The notes: a model not told the origin generated them from the letters alone. A DNA stretch of 64,000 nt from Candidatus Woesearchaeota archaeon (GCA_964481835.1 CAYZTT010000001.1:9964-73963), one strand, 5' to 3'. Counted from the first letter of the stretch, positions 9,333-19,194 are shown. A program made the numbers and translations.

Positions 9333-10265
9333 ATGTTCGTAGAAAAATATAGACCTAAAGATTTTAATGAGATGAAGGGTCAAGAAAAGATAGTTGAAAG
9401 GGTTAAAGCTTTAGTTGAAACCGATAATATGCCTCATTTACTTTTCAGTGGTCCGGCAGGCATAGGAAAAACTACTCTATCATTAATTATTGGTAATAAA
9501 TTATTTGGAGATGAAAGAAATAACTTATTCTTAGAATTGAATGCATCAGACGAGAGAGGCATTGATGTAGTAAGAAATAAAGTCAAAGATTTTGCTAGAA
9601 CTAGAGCAATAAAAGATGTTCCTTTCAAAGTAATTTACCTAGATGAATGCGACTCTTTGACAAAAGACGCTCAGCAGGCATTGAGAAGGACCATGGAAAC
9701 ATATTCTAATACTTGTAGATTCATTTTAAGTTGTAACTATTCGAGCAAAATCATTGATCCCATACAATCTAGGTGTACAGTGTTTAGATTCAAACCTTTA
9801 ACTTTTGAAAATATGAAAGAGATTATCCATAACATCTCAGAAAAAGAAGGTTTGAAGGTAACTGAAGAAGCAGGAGAGGCCCTATATGAAATAAGTAATG
9901 GAGATGTTAGAAAATTAGAAAATACCTTACAATCGTGTTCTGTCATGGGTAAGGAGATAACTAAAGACCTAGTTTATGAAGTAGCTAGTGCCGCAAGACC
10001 AAAAGAGATTAAAGAAGTTTTGAATCTAGCAACAAAAGGTTTTTTTGCTGATGCCCGTACGTTACTATTAAAGACAATGTTGAACCATGGTTTGTCTGGA
10101 GTTGATATTATTAAACAGATTCAAAGAGAAATTTTAGCCTTAGATGTAGAGGATAAGAAAAAGATGGAAATGATTGAGAAATGTGGAGAAGCAGAATTTC
10201 GTTTAGTTGAAGGTTCAGATGAGTATATTCAGTTAGAAGCTTTGATTGCTAATTTTTGTCGATAG
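9333..10265 (+). CDS. rfcS: Replication factor C small subunit
   Basis: KYRPKDFNEMKGQEKIVERVKALV, Walker A GPAGIGKTT, DEC(D) box, SRC motif, 310 aa. Confidence 0.9.
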   Translation: MFVEKYRPKDFNEMKGQEKIVERVKALVETDNMPHLLFSGPAGIGKTTLSLIIGNKLFGDERNNLFLELNASDERGIDVVRNKVKDFARTRAIKDVPFKVIYLDECDSLTKDAQQALRRTMETYSNTCRFILSCNYSSKIIDPIQSRCTVFRFKPLTFENMKEIIHNISEKEGLKVTEEAGEALYEISNGDVRKLENTLQSCSVMGKEITKDLVYEVASAARPKEIKEVLNLATKGFFADARTLLLKTMLNHGLSGVDIIKQIQREILALDVEDKKKMEMIEKCGEAEFRLVEGSDEYIQLEALIANFCR

Positions 10266-10296
10266 GTTTTTAAATAAACTCCGGCCTACTTTTTTT

Positions 10297-10608
10297 ATGG
10301 TTGTTAATGCTAAAGAGATCGCGACGTCAATGGCCGAAATTAGAGAACGGCTATATGGAGATCGATCTCCGATTGGCCATCCCCCAATTATGGTGGCAAA
10401 AAATGAAAAGGGGAAATTCTGTAGGGGGGAGAATCCTGCAGACAGCTTACCCATAATATTGGCTGAAGATGCAAGAGGGTTCCTTGAAATCCAGGTTGGA
10501 GAAGATAGAACTTATAGATCTATTGAAGTAGGAATTGGCAACTATCTTAGAAAAAAGGGCCCTGTTTTTGAAGAGCAGTATGAGATATTGGCTAAAAAAA
10601 GTGCTTAG
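10297..10608 (+). CDS. Hypothetical protein in GC-elevated insert between rfcS and rfcL
   Basis: ORF trimmed to internal ATG (MVVNAKEIATSMAEIRERLYG...). No recognisable motif. Base composition differs from flanking genes. Confidence 0.3.
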   Translation: MVVNAKEIATSMAEIRERLYGDRSPIGHPPIMVAKNEKGKFCRGENPADSLPIILAEDARGFLEIQVGEDRTYRSIEVGIGNYLRKKGPVFEEQYEILAKKSA

Positions 10609-10824
10609 ATTTTTAGAAGAAAATTTATAAATGCCAAATAAAATTGATTATTATGTTTGGATTCATAAAGAGATATTGGAGATTTTTTATAATTTTTATA
10701 ACAGTGGTTTTGATATTTTTAGCCATCTTCAGCCAATATTATAATTATTGGAATTAATTTCTCAGATAAATCTTCTTGATTAATATTTCAGAAATTTTAT
10801 AAGTTTAAATTTGCTTAGAGGATT

Positions 10825-11091
10825 ATGGTTGACTCCGATCGTGCGTATTCCCATCAAGAATTTTTAGAAAAACACCCCCTCTTGCAAGACCCTGATATGG
10901 CAAGTCGTTTCCCAAACCTAGTGGATGCGGCCAGGGTCTGTGAGAGCTCCCTAAAATGCCGTAACTGTCCTTTGGCCGTGGCAGGAATAGTGAGTGTGGA
11001 CCAATATCTTGAAGGGCTAAGGGAAGATGTTCCAGAAGCAATAGAACACTATAGGGGGATTTTTAGGTGCATTGTTACTGAAACCCATTAG
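10825..11091 (+). CDS. Hypothetical small Cys-containing protein in GC-elevated insert
   Basis: 88 aa with CESSLKCRNCPLA and no recognisable family. Confidence 0.3.
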   Translation: MVDSDRAYSHQEFLEKHPLLQDPDMASRFPNLVDAARVCESSLKCRNCPLAVAGIVSVDQYLEGLREDVPEAIEHYRGIFRCIVTETH

Positions 11092-11150
11092 GTATTTTTC
11101 TTGTCAATTACGTAGAAAAGTATTATAAATTATCTTAGTATCCCTGAATT

Positions 11151-12332
11151 ATGATATGGGCCGATAAGCATTCTCCCAAATTATTGAAAGATATAAAAGG
11201 AAACTCTATGTCTATTGAATTATTAGTGGATTTTATTCAAAATTTTGAAAAACACCCTAAGAAATCTGTTGTTTTAGTTGGTCCTACGGGTAGTGGGAAG
11301 ACTAGTTTTGTATACGCGTTTGCAGAGGAAAATAATTATGAGGTATTGGAATTAAATGCCTCTGATTTTAGAAATAAGGCGAGCATTGAAGGATTTATGA
11401 ATTCTGCCATGAACCAAATGAGTTTGTTTATGAAACCAAAAATTATCTTAATTGATGAGATTGATGGTTTATCGGGTATGAAAGATCGCGGAGGTGCACA
11501 GGCCCTGGCTAAATTAATGGAAAAGAGTTCTTTCCCAGTTATCATGACTGCTAATGATGTAGAGATAGATAAGCTATCCACATTAGTAAAAAAATCTAAA
11601 GTTTTAGAGTTTAATCAATTAACAAGCTCTGAAGTTGGAGAGCGACTTGGAGAAATACTGAAACTAGAAAATTTGGAAGGAGATGACTTTATCGTAAAGA
11701 GTATTTCTTCCAGAAGCGGGGGAGATATGAGGGCGGCCATAAATGATTTACAAACTTTATTTTCTGGAAAATTAAACAAAGAAAACTTAGAGTTAATTGG
11801 AGATAGGAAACAGGAAGAAGAAATTGAAAATGTATTGAGGTTAATCTTTAAATCTAAGGACATAAATCTTATTGAAAATTCTTTGGATGACATAAAATTA
11901 GATGATTTGCAGGCGTGGGTTGACAGAAACGTTGTTCTCGAATACGATAGGGAAAGTATTCCAGGAGCAATTGACTCTATAAGTAAGGCGGATCTTTTCA
12001 AAGGGAGAATTATGAGATGGCAATACTGGAGATTTTTAGTGTATCAAAAATTCTTTATGTCTAGTGGTGTTGCGCTTTCAAAAAATAAGAAATCTCCTAA
12101 AATTATAAAATATAAAAGGCCCAACATCGGCTTGATGGTTTGGCAATCTAGAATGAAGACTGCTAAAAGAAAATCTATTTCGAATAAATTGGCTGATTAT
12201 TACAATATTTCCCAAAAAAGAGCTTTTCAGATGTTTCCAGACATAGTCCAGTTATTGAAATCTCCTGGCCCTCAAGAAGAATTGGCTTTAGAGGAAGAAG
12301 AAGTCGACTGGATAAGAGAAAAATTATTGTGA
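11151..12332 (+). CDS. rfcL: Replication factor C large subunit
   Basis: MIWADKHSPKLLKDIKGN, Walker A GPTGSGKTS, DEID box, and the RFC-large C-terminal region. Confidence 0.85.
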   Translation: MIWADKHSPKLLKDIKGNSMSIELLVDFIQNFEKHPKKSVVLVGPTGSGKTSFVYAFAEENNYEVLELNASDFRNKASIEGFMNSAMNQMSLFMKPKIILIDEIDGLSGMKDRGGAQALAKLMEKSSFPVIMTANDVEIDKLSTLVKKSKVLEFNQLTSSEVGERLGEILKLENLEGDDFIVKSISSRSGGDMRAAINDLQTLFSGKLNKENLELIGDRKQEEEIENVLRLIFKSKDINLIENSLDDIKLDDLQAWVDRNVVLEYDRESIPGAIDSISKADLFKGRIMRWQYWRFLVYQKFFMSSGVALSKNKKSPKIIKYKRPNIGLMVWQSRMKTAKRKSISNKLADYYNISQKRAFQMFPDIVQLLKSPGPQEELALEEEEVDWIREKLL

Positions 12333-13157
12333 GAATGCCATCTTTCTTAATCGCTTTAACCTGGACTGCAATGTAGGGTGAGTACTCATTAAATTGATTA
12401 AGATTGAACTCCGATATGGATTTGTGATAAATAAATTTGCTAACGCAGGATTTCCAAATTCTATTTTCCTATTTGTTGAATGAATTTTTATCAATGCCTC
12501 CCCAATTATCTTTGGGTTTTTGATCATTTCTGCACCTTTTTTATCGGCAGAGAATTCCCTCATCCGGGGAATTGTTAGATTTATCAGTGTGGCAGATATT
12601 GGTGCCAAAATAGAAAACACAGTAGTTTCAATTATGTTTGTTTCTTTATTTTTGAAAAATATATTGAATGGCCTAGAAACATTGGTTAGGTATAAAACCA
12701 TTGCTGCCAAAAAAGAGGATACAGTGGTTAATAAAATGTCTTTGCTTGATAGGTGTGCGATCTCATGTGCCAGTGCCCCCCTCAATTCTTGATCCTCCAA
12801 TTCAGATAACAATCCGTTTGTAATTGCCAGGTACGGTTTTCTTGGCCTCCCGGTTGCAAAAGCATTTGGAGAATTGCTTGGGATTATGTAAACCTGGGGG
12901 GCCTTTATTTTTGCCCTAGTGGATAGTTCTCTAATTAATTCATGCAATTCTGGTTTTTCAGAGTAGCTTGATTTTCTGGCTTTAAAAATTCTTAAGATTA
13001 GTTTGTCAGAATAGAAAAATGCTGTAATGTTTAGGGCGATCACCAGCAATAAGGCAATAGTCAATCCTGGTGCCCCTGCTAACGCAAAGAAAAAAATCAA
13101 CACGAAGAAGGTTAGAGTTAGTAACAAAACCCACGTTTTTAAGTAATCCACCCACAT
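12324..13157 (-). CDS. htpX: HtpX-like M48 zinc metalloprotease (membrane)
   Basis: HEIAHL zinc-binding motif (GALAHEIAHLSSKD) and N-terminal TM helices. Start trimmed to the ATG at 13155-13157. Confidence 0.8.
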   Translation of the reverse strand: MWVDYLKTWVLLLTLTFFVLIFFFALAGAPGLTIALLLVIALNITAFFYSDKLILRIFKARKSSYSEKPELHELIRELSTRAKIKAPQVYIIPSNSPNAFATGRPRKPYLAITNGLLSELEDQELRGALAHEIAHLSSKDILLTTVSSFLAAMVLYLTNVSRPFNIFFKNKETNIIETTVFSILAPISATLINLTIPRMREFSADKKGAEMIKNPKIIGEALIKIHSTNRKIEFGNPALANLFITNPYRSSILINLMSTHPTLQSRLKRLRKMAFSQ

Positions 13158-13253
13158 TTTTGTAGGATTTAGAATTTTAAGGGATATATAAATGTTATTA
13201 TGCGATTTTTGGAGAATAAAAAGCCTTTTAAGAATAATCCTTGTCCCCCATTT

Positions 13254-14369
13254 ATGGCAAACATGAAGCAAAATGTTCAAAATATTTTGGATTTGGCAGA
13301 CATCAAGCTAAATGGTGATCGGCCTTGGGACATAAAAGTTAGAAATCCCGGATTCTATTCAGGGGTTCTGGCAGGAGGGTCCCTTGCCCTTGGAGAATCT
13401 TACATGGATGGATGGTGGGAATGTGATAATCTTGATCAATTCTTCCATAGAATACTAAAGGCCAATTTAGATAAAAAAGTTGTAAACTTAAGACAACTTA
13501 TTTGGGCAGTTTTAAAGGCTAAATTAATTAATCGCCAGAGTAGATCTAGGGCGCATGTTGTTGGAGAAAAGCATTACGATGCAGGAAATGACCTTTACAG
13601 TTTGATGTTAGATAAGAGACTTACATATAGTTGCGGCTATTGGAAAAGTGCGAAAAACCTTAATAGTGCCCAAGAAGCCAAATTAGATTTGATTTGTAAA
13701 AAACTTGGGCTAAAAAAAGGAATGAGTGTTCTAGACATTGGCTGTGGCTGGGGGAGCTTTGCTAAATTTGCCGCGGAAAAATACAAGGTTAAGGTCGTGG
13801 GCATTACAGTTTCTAAAGAGCAAGTAAAACTTGGAAGAGAAATATGTAAGGGTTTGCCTGTTGAAATAAAGTTGCAAGATTATCGGAGTTTAAGAGGCAA
13901 ATATGATAGGATAGTTTCTGTGGGCATGATTGAACATGTCGGTTGCAAGAATTATAGAAAATACATGAAGGTTGCAAACCGATGTTTAAAGAAAGATGGT
14001 TTATTCTTATTGCATACCATTGGAGGAAACGTGTCTGTAAATGGTGTGGACCCCTGGATAGATAAATATATTTTCCCGAATGGGATGTTGCCTTCTGTAA
14101 AACAACTTTCAAAGGCAAGTGAGGGTCTGTTTGTCATGGAAGATTGGCATAATTTTGGGACGGATTACGATAAAACCTTGATGGCATGGCATAAGAACTT
14201 TATAGAAGATTGGGATAAAATAAAGGATAAATATAATGCAAGATTTTTTAGAATGTGGGAATATTATCTTTTATGCTGTGCAGGCTCATTTAGGGCTAGA
14301 AAAAATCAATTGTGGCAGATTGTATTCTCCAAAGATGGTTTAAAAGAGGGTTATCGGAGCATACGGTAG
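13254..14369 (+). CDS. cfa: Cyclopropane-fatty-acyl-phospholipid synthase family SAM-dependent methyltransferase (bacterial type)
   Basis: Long collinear similarity to E. coli Cfa as I recall it: DIKVRNPGFY...GESYMDGWWECDNLD, VLDIGCGWG SAM motif, RIVSVGMIEHVG, LLHTIG, VDPWIDKYIFPNGMLPS, FVMEDWHNFGTDYDKTLMAW, YYLLCCAGSFRAR, LWQIVFS. Confidence 0.85.
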   Translation: MANMKQNVQNILDLADIKLNGDRPWDIKVRNPGFYSGVLAGGSLALGESYMDGWWECDNLDQFFHRILKANLDKKVVNLRQLIWAVLKAKLINRQSRSRAHVVGEKHYDAGNDLYSLMLDKRLTYSCGYWKSAKNLNSAQEAKLDLICKKLGLKKGMSVLDIGCGWGSFAKFAAEKYKVKVVGITVSKEQVKLGREICKGLPVEIKLQDYRSLRGKYDRIVSVGMIEHVGCKNYRKYMKVANRCLKKDGLFLLHTIGGNVSVNGVDPWIDKYIFPNGMLPSVKQLSKASEGLFVMEDWHNFGTDYDKTLMAWHKNFIEDWDKIKDKYNARFFRMWEYYLLCCAGSFRARKNQLWQIVFSKDGLKEGYRSIR

Positions 14370-14410
14370 CTTTTAGAAAGTTTTAATAAAGAACCTTCTT
14401 ATTTAGGAAT

Positions 14411-15757
14411 ATGGCTTATGATATTGTCATAGGTAGGACTGATTCAGACAGAAAAAAGCTTGGTGATGCAGGAACTATTTTCTTAGGTAGGCACTATGTA
14501 AAAATGGGACAGACCGTTTCATTAAGCTCCAATATTCGGATGGATGTAGCAAGAGCACATGTTGTTTTAGTTTCTGGAAAGCGGGGAAGTGGGAAGTCAT
14601 ATACCTTGGGGGTTATGGCCGAAGAAATGTCTTCTCTGCCCGAAGAAGTAGCTGAAAATCTTGGGATTCTGATATTTGATACGATGGGTATTTTTTGGAC
14701 TATGAAATATGCTAATCAGAAAGAAGAAGACCTTTTAGCTGGATGGAAATTGGCCCCCAAAAAACTAGGCACTATTGATGTATATACTCCCCATGGTTTT
14801 TCTGAAGAATATAAAAGAAAAAAGATCCCGGTAGACTTTCCATTCTCTATTCGAACTTCAGAGTTGAATGCGGGAGATTGGGCTAACGTATTTAATCTGG
14901 ATCCTATGCAACCCATAGGAATATTGATTGAGAGAGTTATTTCTGAATTTCAGGATTCGGGAAAGGCATATTCAATAGAGGATGTTATTGAGAGAATAAA
15001 AAAAGAGAGTAAAATCGAAAATAATGTGAAGGATGCAGCCATTAACTTATTCGAAGCAACAAAGAGTTGGGGTTTATTTTCGGAAAGGGGAACCGAAATA
15101 AAAGATTTGATTAAACCTGGAAGGGTATCTGTTTTGGACGTAAGTTGTTATTCTAACCTTGCGGGGAATTGGGGCATAAAAAATCTTGTTGTTGGTTTGA
15201 TTTGTAAGAAATTATTAATTGAGCGTATGGCAGCGAGGAAATTTGAGGAAATTCATACTATTGAAAGTGGAGAGAGTTATTTTGGTTTTGGATCAAGGAA
15301 AAGAGATAAAGATGATATGCCCTTGGTTTGGTTAATGCTGGATGAGGCCCATGAGTTCTTGCCGAAGGATGGAAAAACTGCAGCCAGCGATTCCCTGATC
15401 CAACTTCTTAGAGAGGGAAGGCAGCCTGGAATTTCAATGATATTAGCGACCCAACAACCTGGAGAAATCCATAAAGATGTCATAACCCAATCGGATATTG
15501 TACTCAGCCATAGGGTTACTGCAAGAAAGGATATTACTGCGTTGAATGATATGATGCAAACTTATCTATTGAGTGATATTCAAACATATATCAATAATTT
15601 GCCTAGACTTAAAGGATCTGCAATTATCTTGGATGATAATTCTGAGCGAATATTCCCGATGAATGTTCGCCCAAGATTTACATGGCATGGCGGAGAGGCA
15701 CCAACTGCGGTTAAAGGAGAAGGAAAGCTTGTTGAAGAATTAAACTTTGAGATCTAA
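14411..15757 (+). CDS. HerA/FtsK-superfamily P-loop ATPase (DUF87-like), standalone
   Basis: Walker A VSGKRGSGKSYTLG, Walker B/DEAH-like LMLDEAHEFLP, ILATQQP arginine-finger region. Only a short N-terminal region precedes the ATPase core. Confidence 0.6.
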   Translation: MAYDIVIGRTDSDRKKLGDAGTIFLGRHYVKMGQTVSLSSNIRMDVARAHVVLVSGKRGSGKSYTLGVMAEEMSSLPEEVAENLGILIFDTMGIFWTMKYANQKEEDLLAGWKLAPKKLGTIDVYTPHGFSEEYKRKKIPVDFPFSIRTSELNAGDWANVFNLDPMQPIGILIERVISEFQDSGKAYSIEDVIERIKKESKIENNVKDAAINLFEATKSWGLFSERGTEIKDLIKPGRVSVLDVSCYSNLAGNWGIKNLVVGLICKKLLIERMAARKFEEIHTIESGESYFGFGSRKRDKDDMPLVWLMLDEAHEFLPKDGKTAASDSLIQLLREGRQPGISMILATQQPGEIHKDVITQSDIVLSHRVTARKDITALNDMMQTYLLSDIQTYINNLPRLKGSAIILDDNSERIFPMNVRPRFTWHGGEAPTAVKGEGKLVEELNFEI

Positions 15758-16507
15758 ACATAATCTATATTTGCCTGGAGCAGGATTTCCGGCCTTGACA
15801 AGTTTTGGTTTGAATTTTTTGTATTTCTCTTTTATTTTTTTGAAATCCTTTTCATGAACAAACATGTAAATATGTATTTTTCCGTTTTTCTTAAGATATC
15901 TTAGTGCTAAATCTAAATAATCTTCTGAATTTTTTGGGAGAGGCATTATGATTCTATCAAATTTTTTATTTATTTTTGGCAAAACTTTCTTTACATTTCC
16001 CTTGAGTGCGTGGACATTGTGAAGTTTGTTGATTTTAATGTTTTTTTTGGCATATTTATGGGCATGCTTGTTTATCTCTATCCCGTAAACCTTCTTAGCA
16101 TTGGTATTCTTCCCTATCACCAAACCAAACGGCATAACTCCTGAGAACATGACTAAAACCTCTTCTCCTTTTTTTACTAGCTTTGATACCCTAAGTCGTT
16201 CATTACTTGATCTTGGAGAGAAATATGCCTTTTCTGGATTTATTTTTATTAGAACTCCTGATTCCTTATGGATTGTTTCTTTTCTTTTTTCTCCAGCCAA
16301 GATTTTTAACTTGGGGGTCCTGTATTTTCCGGAATAGAATTTAGATTTTTTTGCTACTACTTTTATGTTTTTTATTTTCTTAAGTAAATAATTTCCAACC
16401 TCTTTTTCTTTTTTCTTTAGCTCTTTTGGGAATTCTGAGAAAATCAATATATCTCCAACTATGTCAAATGACTTTGGTATTTTCTTGATTTCTGTACTAG
16501 TGAGCAT
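15740..16507 (-). CDS. Trm5/TYW2-family class I SAM-dependent tRNA methyltransferase (COG2520-like), Lys-rich
   Basis: It has the Met-10+ like architecture: DIVGDILIF, SAM-binding VLVMFSGVMPFGL, and RIIMPLP (an NLP-like catalytic motif). Confidence 0.5.
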   Translation of the reverse strand: MLTSTEIKKIPKSFDIVGDILIFSEFPKELKKKEKEVGNYLLKKIKNIKVVAKKSKFYSGKYRTPKLKILAGEKRKETIHKESGVLIKINPEKAYFSPRSSNERLRVSKLVKKGEEVLVMFSGVMPFGLVIGKNTNAKKVYGIEINKHAHKYAKKNIKINKLHNVHALKGNVKKVLPKINKKFDRIIMPLPKNSEDYLDLALRYLKKNGKIHIYMFVHEKDFKKIKEKYKKFKPKLVKAGNPAPGKYRLCLDLKV

Positions 16508-16572
16508 AATCTCTATTAAATTAAATAGTTTATAATAATTTCCGATAGTTTTAAATATAAATTTTCTTTGAA

Positions 16573-16968
16573 TTGATTATGGATAAAAAGGGTGCATTTG
16601 TCTGGCCGAGAAGTTTTATATGGGTACTAATTGGTGCCATTTTCCTCTATTTGGGGTTAATGCCCTTTTTCGATGTATTCCCATATAACTTTGAAATCGG
16701 AGAGGAACTTTTGCGGTTAATTATTGTCATAGTAGGTATTTTAATTTTAATTGAATCTTTTAAGAGGGAAAGGGGATTCAGGAATTTTATGTGGATTATT
16801 GTAGGAATCGTTATTGCTGCTTTTGGGATTTATATCTTTTTGATGGGGATAAATGTCACCTTGCCATTTGAATTTGATATAAGTGATGTTGTGTTACAAG
16901 TTATATTGATCTTATTTTCACTCTACCTTGTCTGGGGATCATTTGGGCAAGTAAAAATAGTCGAATAA
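16573..16968 (+). CDS. Small polytopic membrane protein
   Basis: 131 aa with 4 hydrophobic helices, immediately upstream of the CorC-family gene. Confidence 0.35.
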   Translation: MIMDKKGAFVWPRSFIWVLIGAIFLYLGLMPFFDVFPYNFEIGEELLRLIIVIVGILILIESFKRERGFRNFMWIIVGIVIAAFGIYIFLMGINVTLPFEFDISDVVLQVILILFSLYLVWGSFGQVKIVE

Positions 16969-16969
16969 A

Positions 16970-18199
16970 ATGCTATTAACTCAAATAATAATACTGATTG
17001 TACTCATCTTTCTGTCTGCATTCTTTTCTGGAATTGAAACTGCCTTGGTTTCCTTGAATATGGTTAAAGTTAGGGCACTGGTTAAGCAGAAGAAACGAGG
17101 ATCAAAGGCGCTGTTTAGATTAAAACAAGACCCCCATAAGATGATAATTACAATTCTAATTGGAAATAATCTTGTTAATATTGGTGCGGCATCATTTGCA
17201 ACGGTAGTTTTTACTCAGCTTTTTGGCTCTAGCGGTGTTGGAATAGCTACTGGAGTTATGACTTTCCTTATCTTGGTATTTGGAGAAATTACTCCAAAAA
17301 CACTTGCTTCCCAGAATGCAGAAAAAGTATCACTAGCAGTTGCGAAACCTGTAGAGGTTCTCTCTTATGCTTTATCCCCCTTGGTCTATATTTTTGGTTT
17401 GATTGCAAAATTGGCTACCAAGCTGTTTGGAGGGGATAAAGAAAAACTTTCTGAAGAAGAATTAAGGACTATTGTGACAATGGGCCGGAGGGAGGGGATA
17501 TTGAGTAGAGAATCCGCGGATATGATGCATAATGTTTTGAAATTTGAAGGTACAAGGGCCACCCAAATTATGACACCTCGGTTGGAAATTGAGATGTTAA
17601 ATGCAGAAGATACCCTGGGGAAGGTAATTGATTTTGTTGCAAAGAGCCCTTATTCGAGATTCCCCGTTTATCATAAGAATAAAGATAACATTATTGGCAT
17701 TGTGGATGTTGATGATATCCTTACTTATGTCAAAGATAATAGAATGGGGGTAAGGGTGAGAAGATTGAAGAAACATGTCCACTTAGTTCCGGAGAGTGAA
17801 GAAATTGATGATATTTTGGAGCATTTTGAGGGAAGGCATGTTCCGATGGCCATTGTTAAAAATAAAAATAAAAAGGTTGTAGGATTAGTGACCGTAGAAG
17901 ATATTTTAGAGGAAATTGTAGGGGACATTTTTGATAAAAGTGAAAGGAAGAAAGCGAGGGTAAAAAGAATCAATAGGAAATTAATACGGGCAGATGCAAA
18001 GGCTTCTGTTGAAGAAATTAACAATCTCCTACATTTAGGAGTAAGAGTTAGGCACTTTGATACACTTGCAGGCTATCTCGAGAGGAAACTGGGAAGAGTT
18101 CCAAGAAAAGGGGAAAAAATTAAATTAAAGAAGGCTATTATTACTGTGCATAAAATTAGAGACCATAGGATAGAGAGCTTTAATATAAGGAAAGTTTAG
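16970..18199 (+). CDS. CNNM/CorC-HlyC family transporter (DUF21 membrane domain, CBS pair, CorC_HlyC C-terminal domain)
   Basis: The N-terminal DUF21 region has FFSGIETALVSLN and ILIGNNLVNI. It is followed by a CBS pair and a C-terminal transporter-associated domain. Confidence 0.8.
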   Translation: MLLTQIIILIVLIFLSAFFSGIETALVSLNMVKVRALVKQKKRGSKALFRLKQDPHKMIITILIGNNLVNIGAASFATVVFTQLFGSSGVGIATGVMTFLILVFGEITPKTLASQNAEKVSLAVAKPVEVLSYALSPLVYIFGLIAKLATKLFGGDKEKLSEEELRTIVTMGRREGILSRESADMMHNVLKFEGTRATQIMTPRLEIEMLNAEDTLGKVIDFVAKSPYSRFPVYHKNKDNIIGIVDVDDILTYVKDNRMGVRVRRLKKHVHLVPESEEIDDILEHFEGRHVPMAIVKNKNKKVVGLVTVEDILEEIVGDIFDKSERKKARVKRINRKLIRADAKASVEEINNLLHLGVRVRHFDTLAGYLERKLGRVPRKGEKIKLKKAIITVHKIRDHRIESFNIRKV

Positions 18200-19194
18200 A
18201 ACCAATTGTCTAATTCTTTTTGCTGTTTTGGCTGTAATCTTTCTAATAACTTATCGACCCTTTCTTCCGAAAAATCACGTTTTAGAAGTATCTTTTTTAT
18301 TTTATCTAAATCTGGTTCTTTCCATTTTAGTTGGTAATTCTTCATGATTGGCATACTCTTGAAAGTTGCATAAACTTTTTTCCAATCAAATTCGGCTTCT
18401 ACGTTGGCGAAGATCTTTTCAAATGATTTGTGCTCTTGGACAAGTTTTAGGGCCGTTTTGGGGCCTATTCTTTTTACTCCGCCTGGATTATAATCAGTGC
18501 CAACTAATATTGATAGTGCCAATAGTTGGTCTTGGTTTATTTTCATATTTTTCAGAACATCTCTCAGTTCTATCATTTCTGGGTGAACGGATACGTACAT
18601 TCCTTTTATCTTCCTTTTTGGGGACACTGTAATGTTTTTTATCATTCTTGGTGCGTTGTATAATAGAGAATCATGATCTTGGGAAACTATTGCGTAAACA
18701 TCTCCCTTTTCGGCCATAAATGCGGCCTGTGCTTCAGCTTCAGAGGGGGCCCGGATTGTTGGCAAGCCTAATGCCTTGACAAACTCTTCGGATTCCTTTA
18801 CGATATCTTTTGTAATCCTTATTGATTGTTTTTTGTATTTTGCAATTGATTCTGTGTCTTCTTCTTCGATTGCCTCTTTAAGTTTTTCTTCAGCTTTCTT
18901 TTTTCTTTTTTCCCTAATCTGGGATTCCCCAAATTTGGCTTCTGGAGGCTTTCCGTCAAAAACAAATGCTAACTTGATTCCTTGTTCCATTAGTTTTGGA
19001 ATTCTGGTAGAAATTCCCATGATGTGAGATGTAACGTTCTTATTGCTATCCATTAAGGGGGTTCCATCTGGCTGCCTTATTGAAGATAAAAATTGGTAGA
19101 TTACCGGAGAGGCATCTATTGCTAGTTTTTTTCCTTTTAATTCTTGTAGAGAAATTTCTTTTTTTGGAATTAATTCAGAGATTGCTATTCCCAT
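18196..19194 (-). CDS. fen: Flap endonuclease 1
   Basis: The XPG N and I domains are present (LAIDASPVIYQF and the LVGTDYNPGGVKRIGPKTALKL H3TH motif). The C-terminal PIP box reads QKELDNWF. Confidence 0.9.
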   Translation of the reverse strand: MGIAISELIPKKEISLQELKGKKLAIDASPVIYQFLSSIRQPDGTPLMDSNKNVTSHIMGISTRIPKLMEQGIKLAFVFDGKPPEAKFGESQIREKRKKKAEEKLKEAIEEEDTESIAKYKKQSIRITKDIVKESEEFVKALGLPTIRAPSEAEAQAAFMAEKGDVYAIVSQDHDSLLYNAPRMIKNITVSPKRKIKGMYVSVHPEMIELRDVLKNMKINQDQLLALSILVGTDYNPGGVKRIGPKTALKLVQEHKSFEKIFANVEAEFDWKKVYATFKSMPIMKNYQLKWKEPDLDKIKKILLKRDFSEERVDKLLERLQPKQQKELDNWF

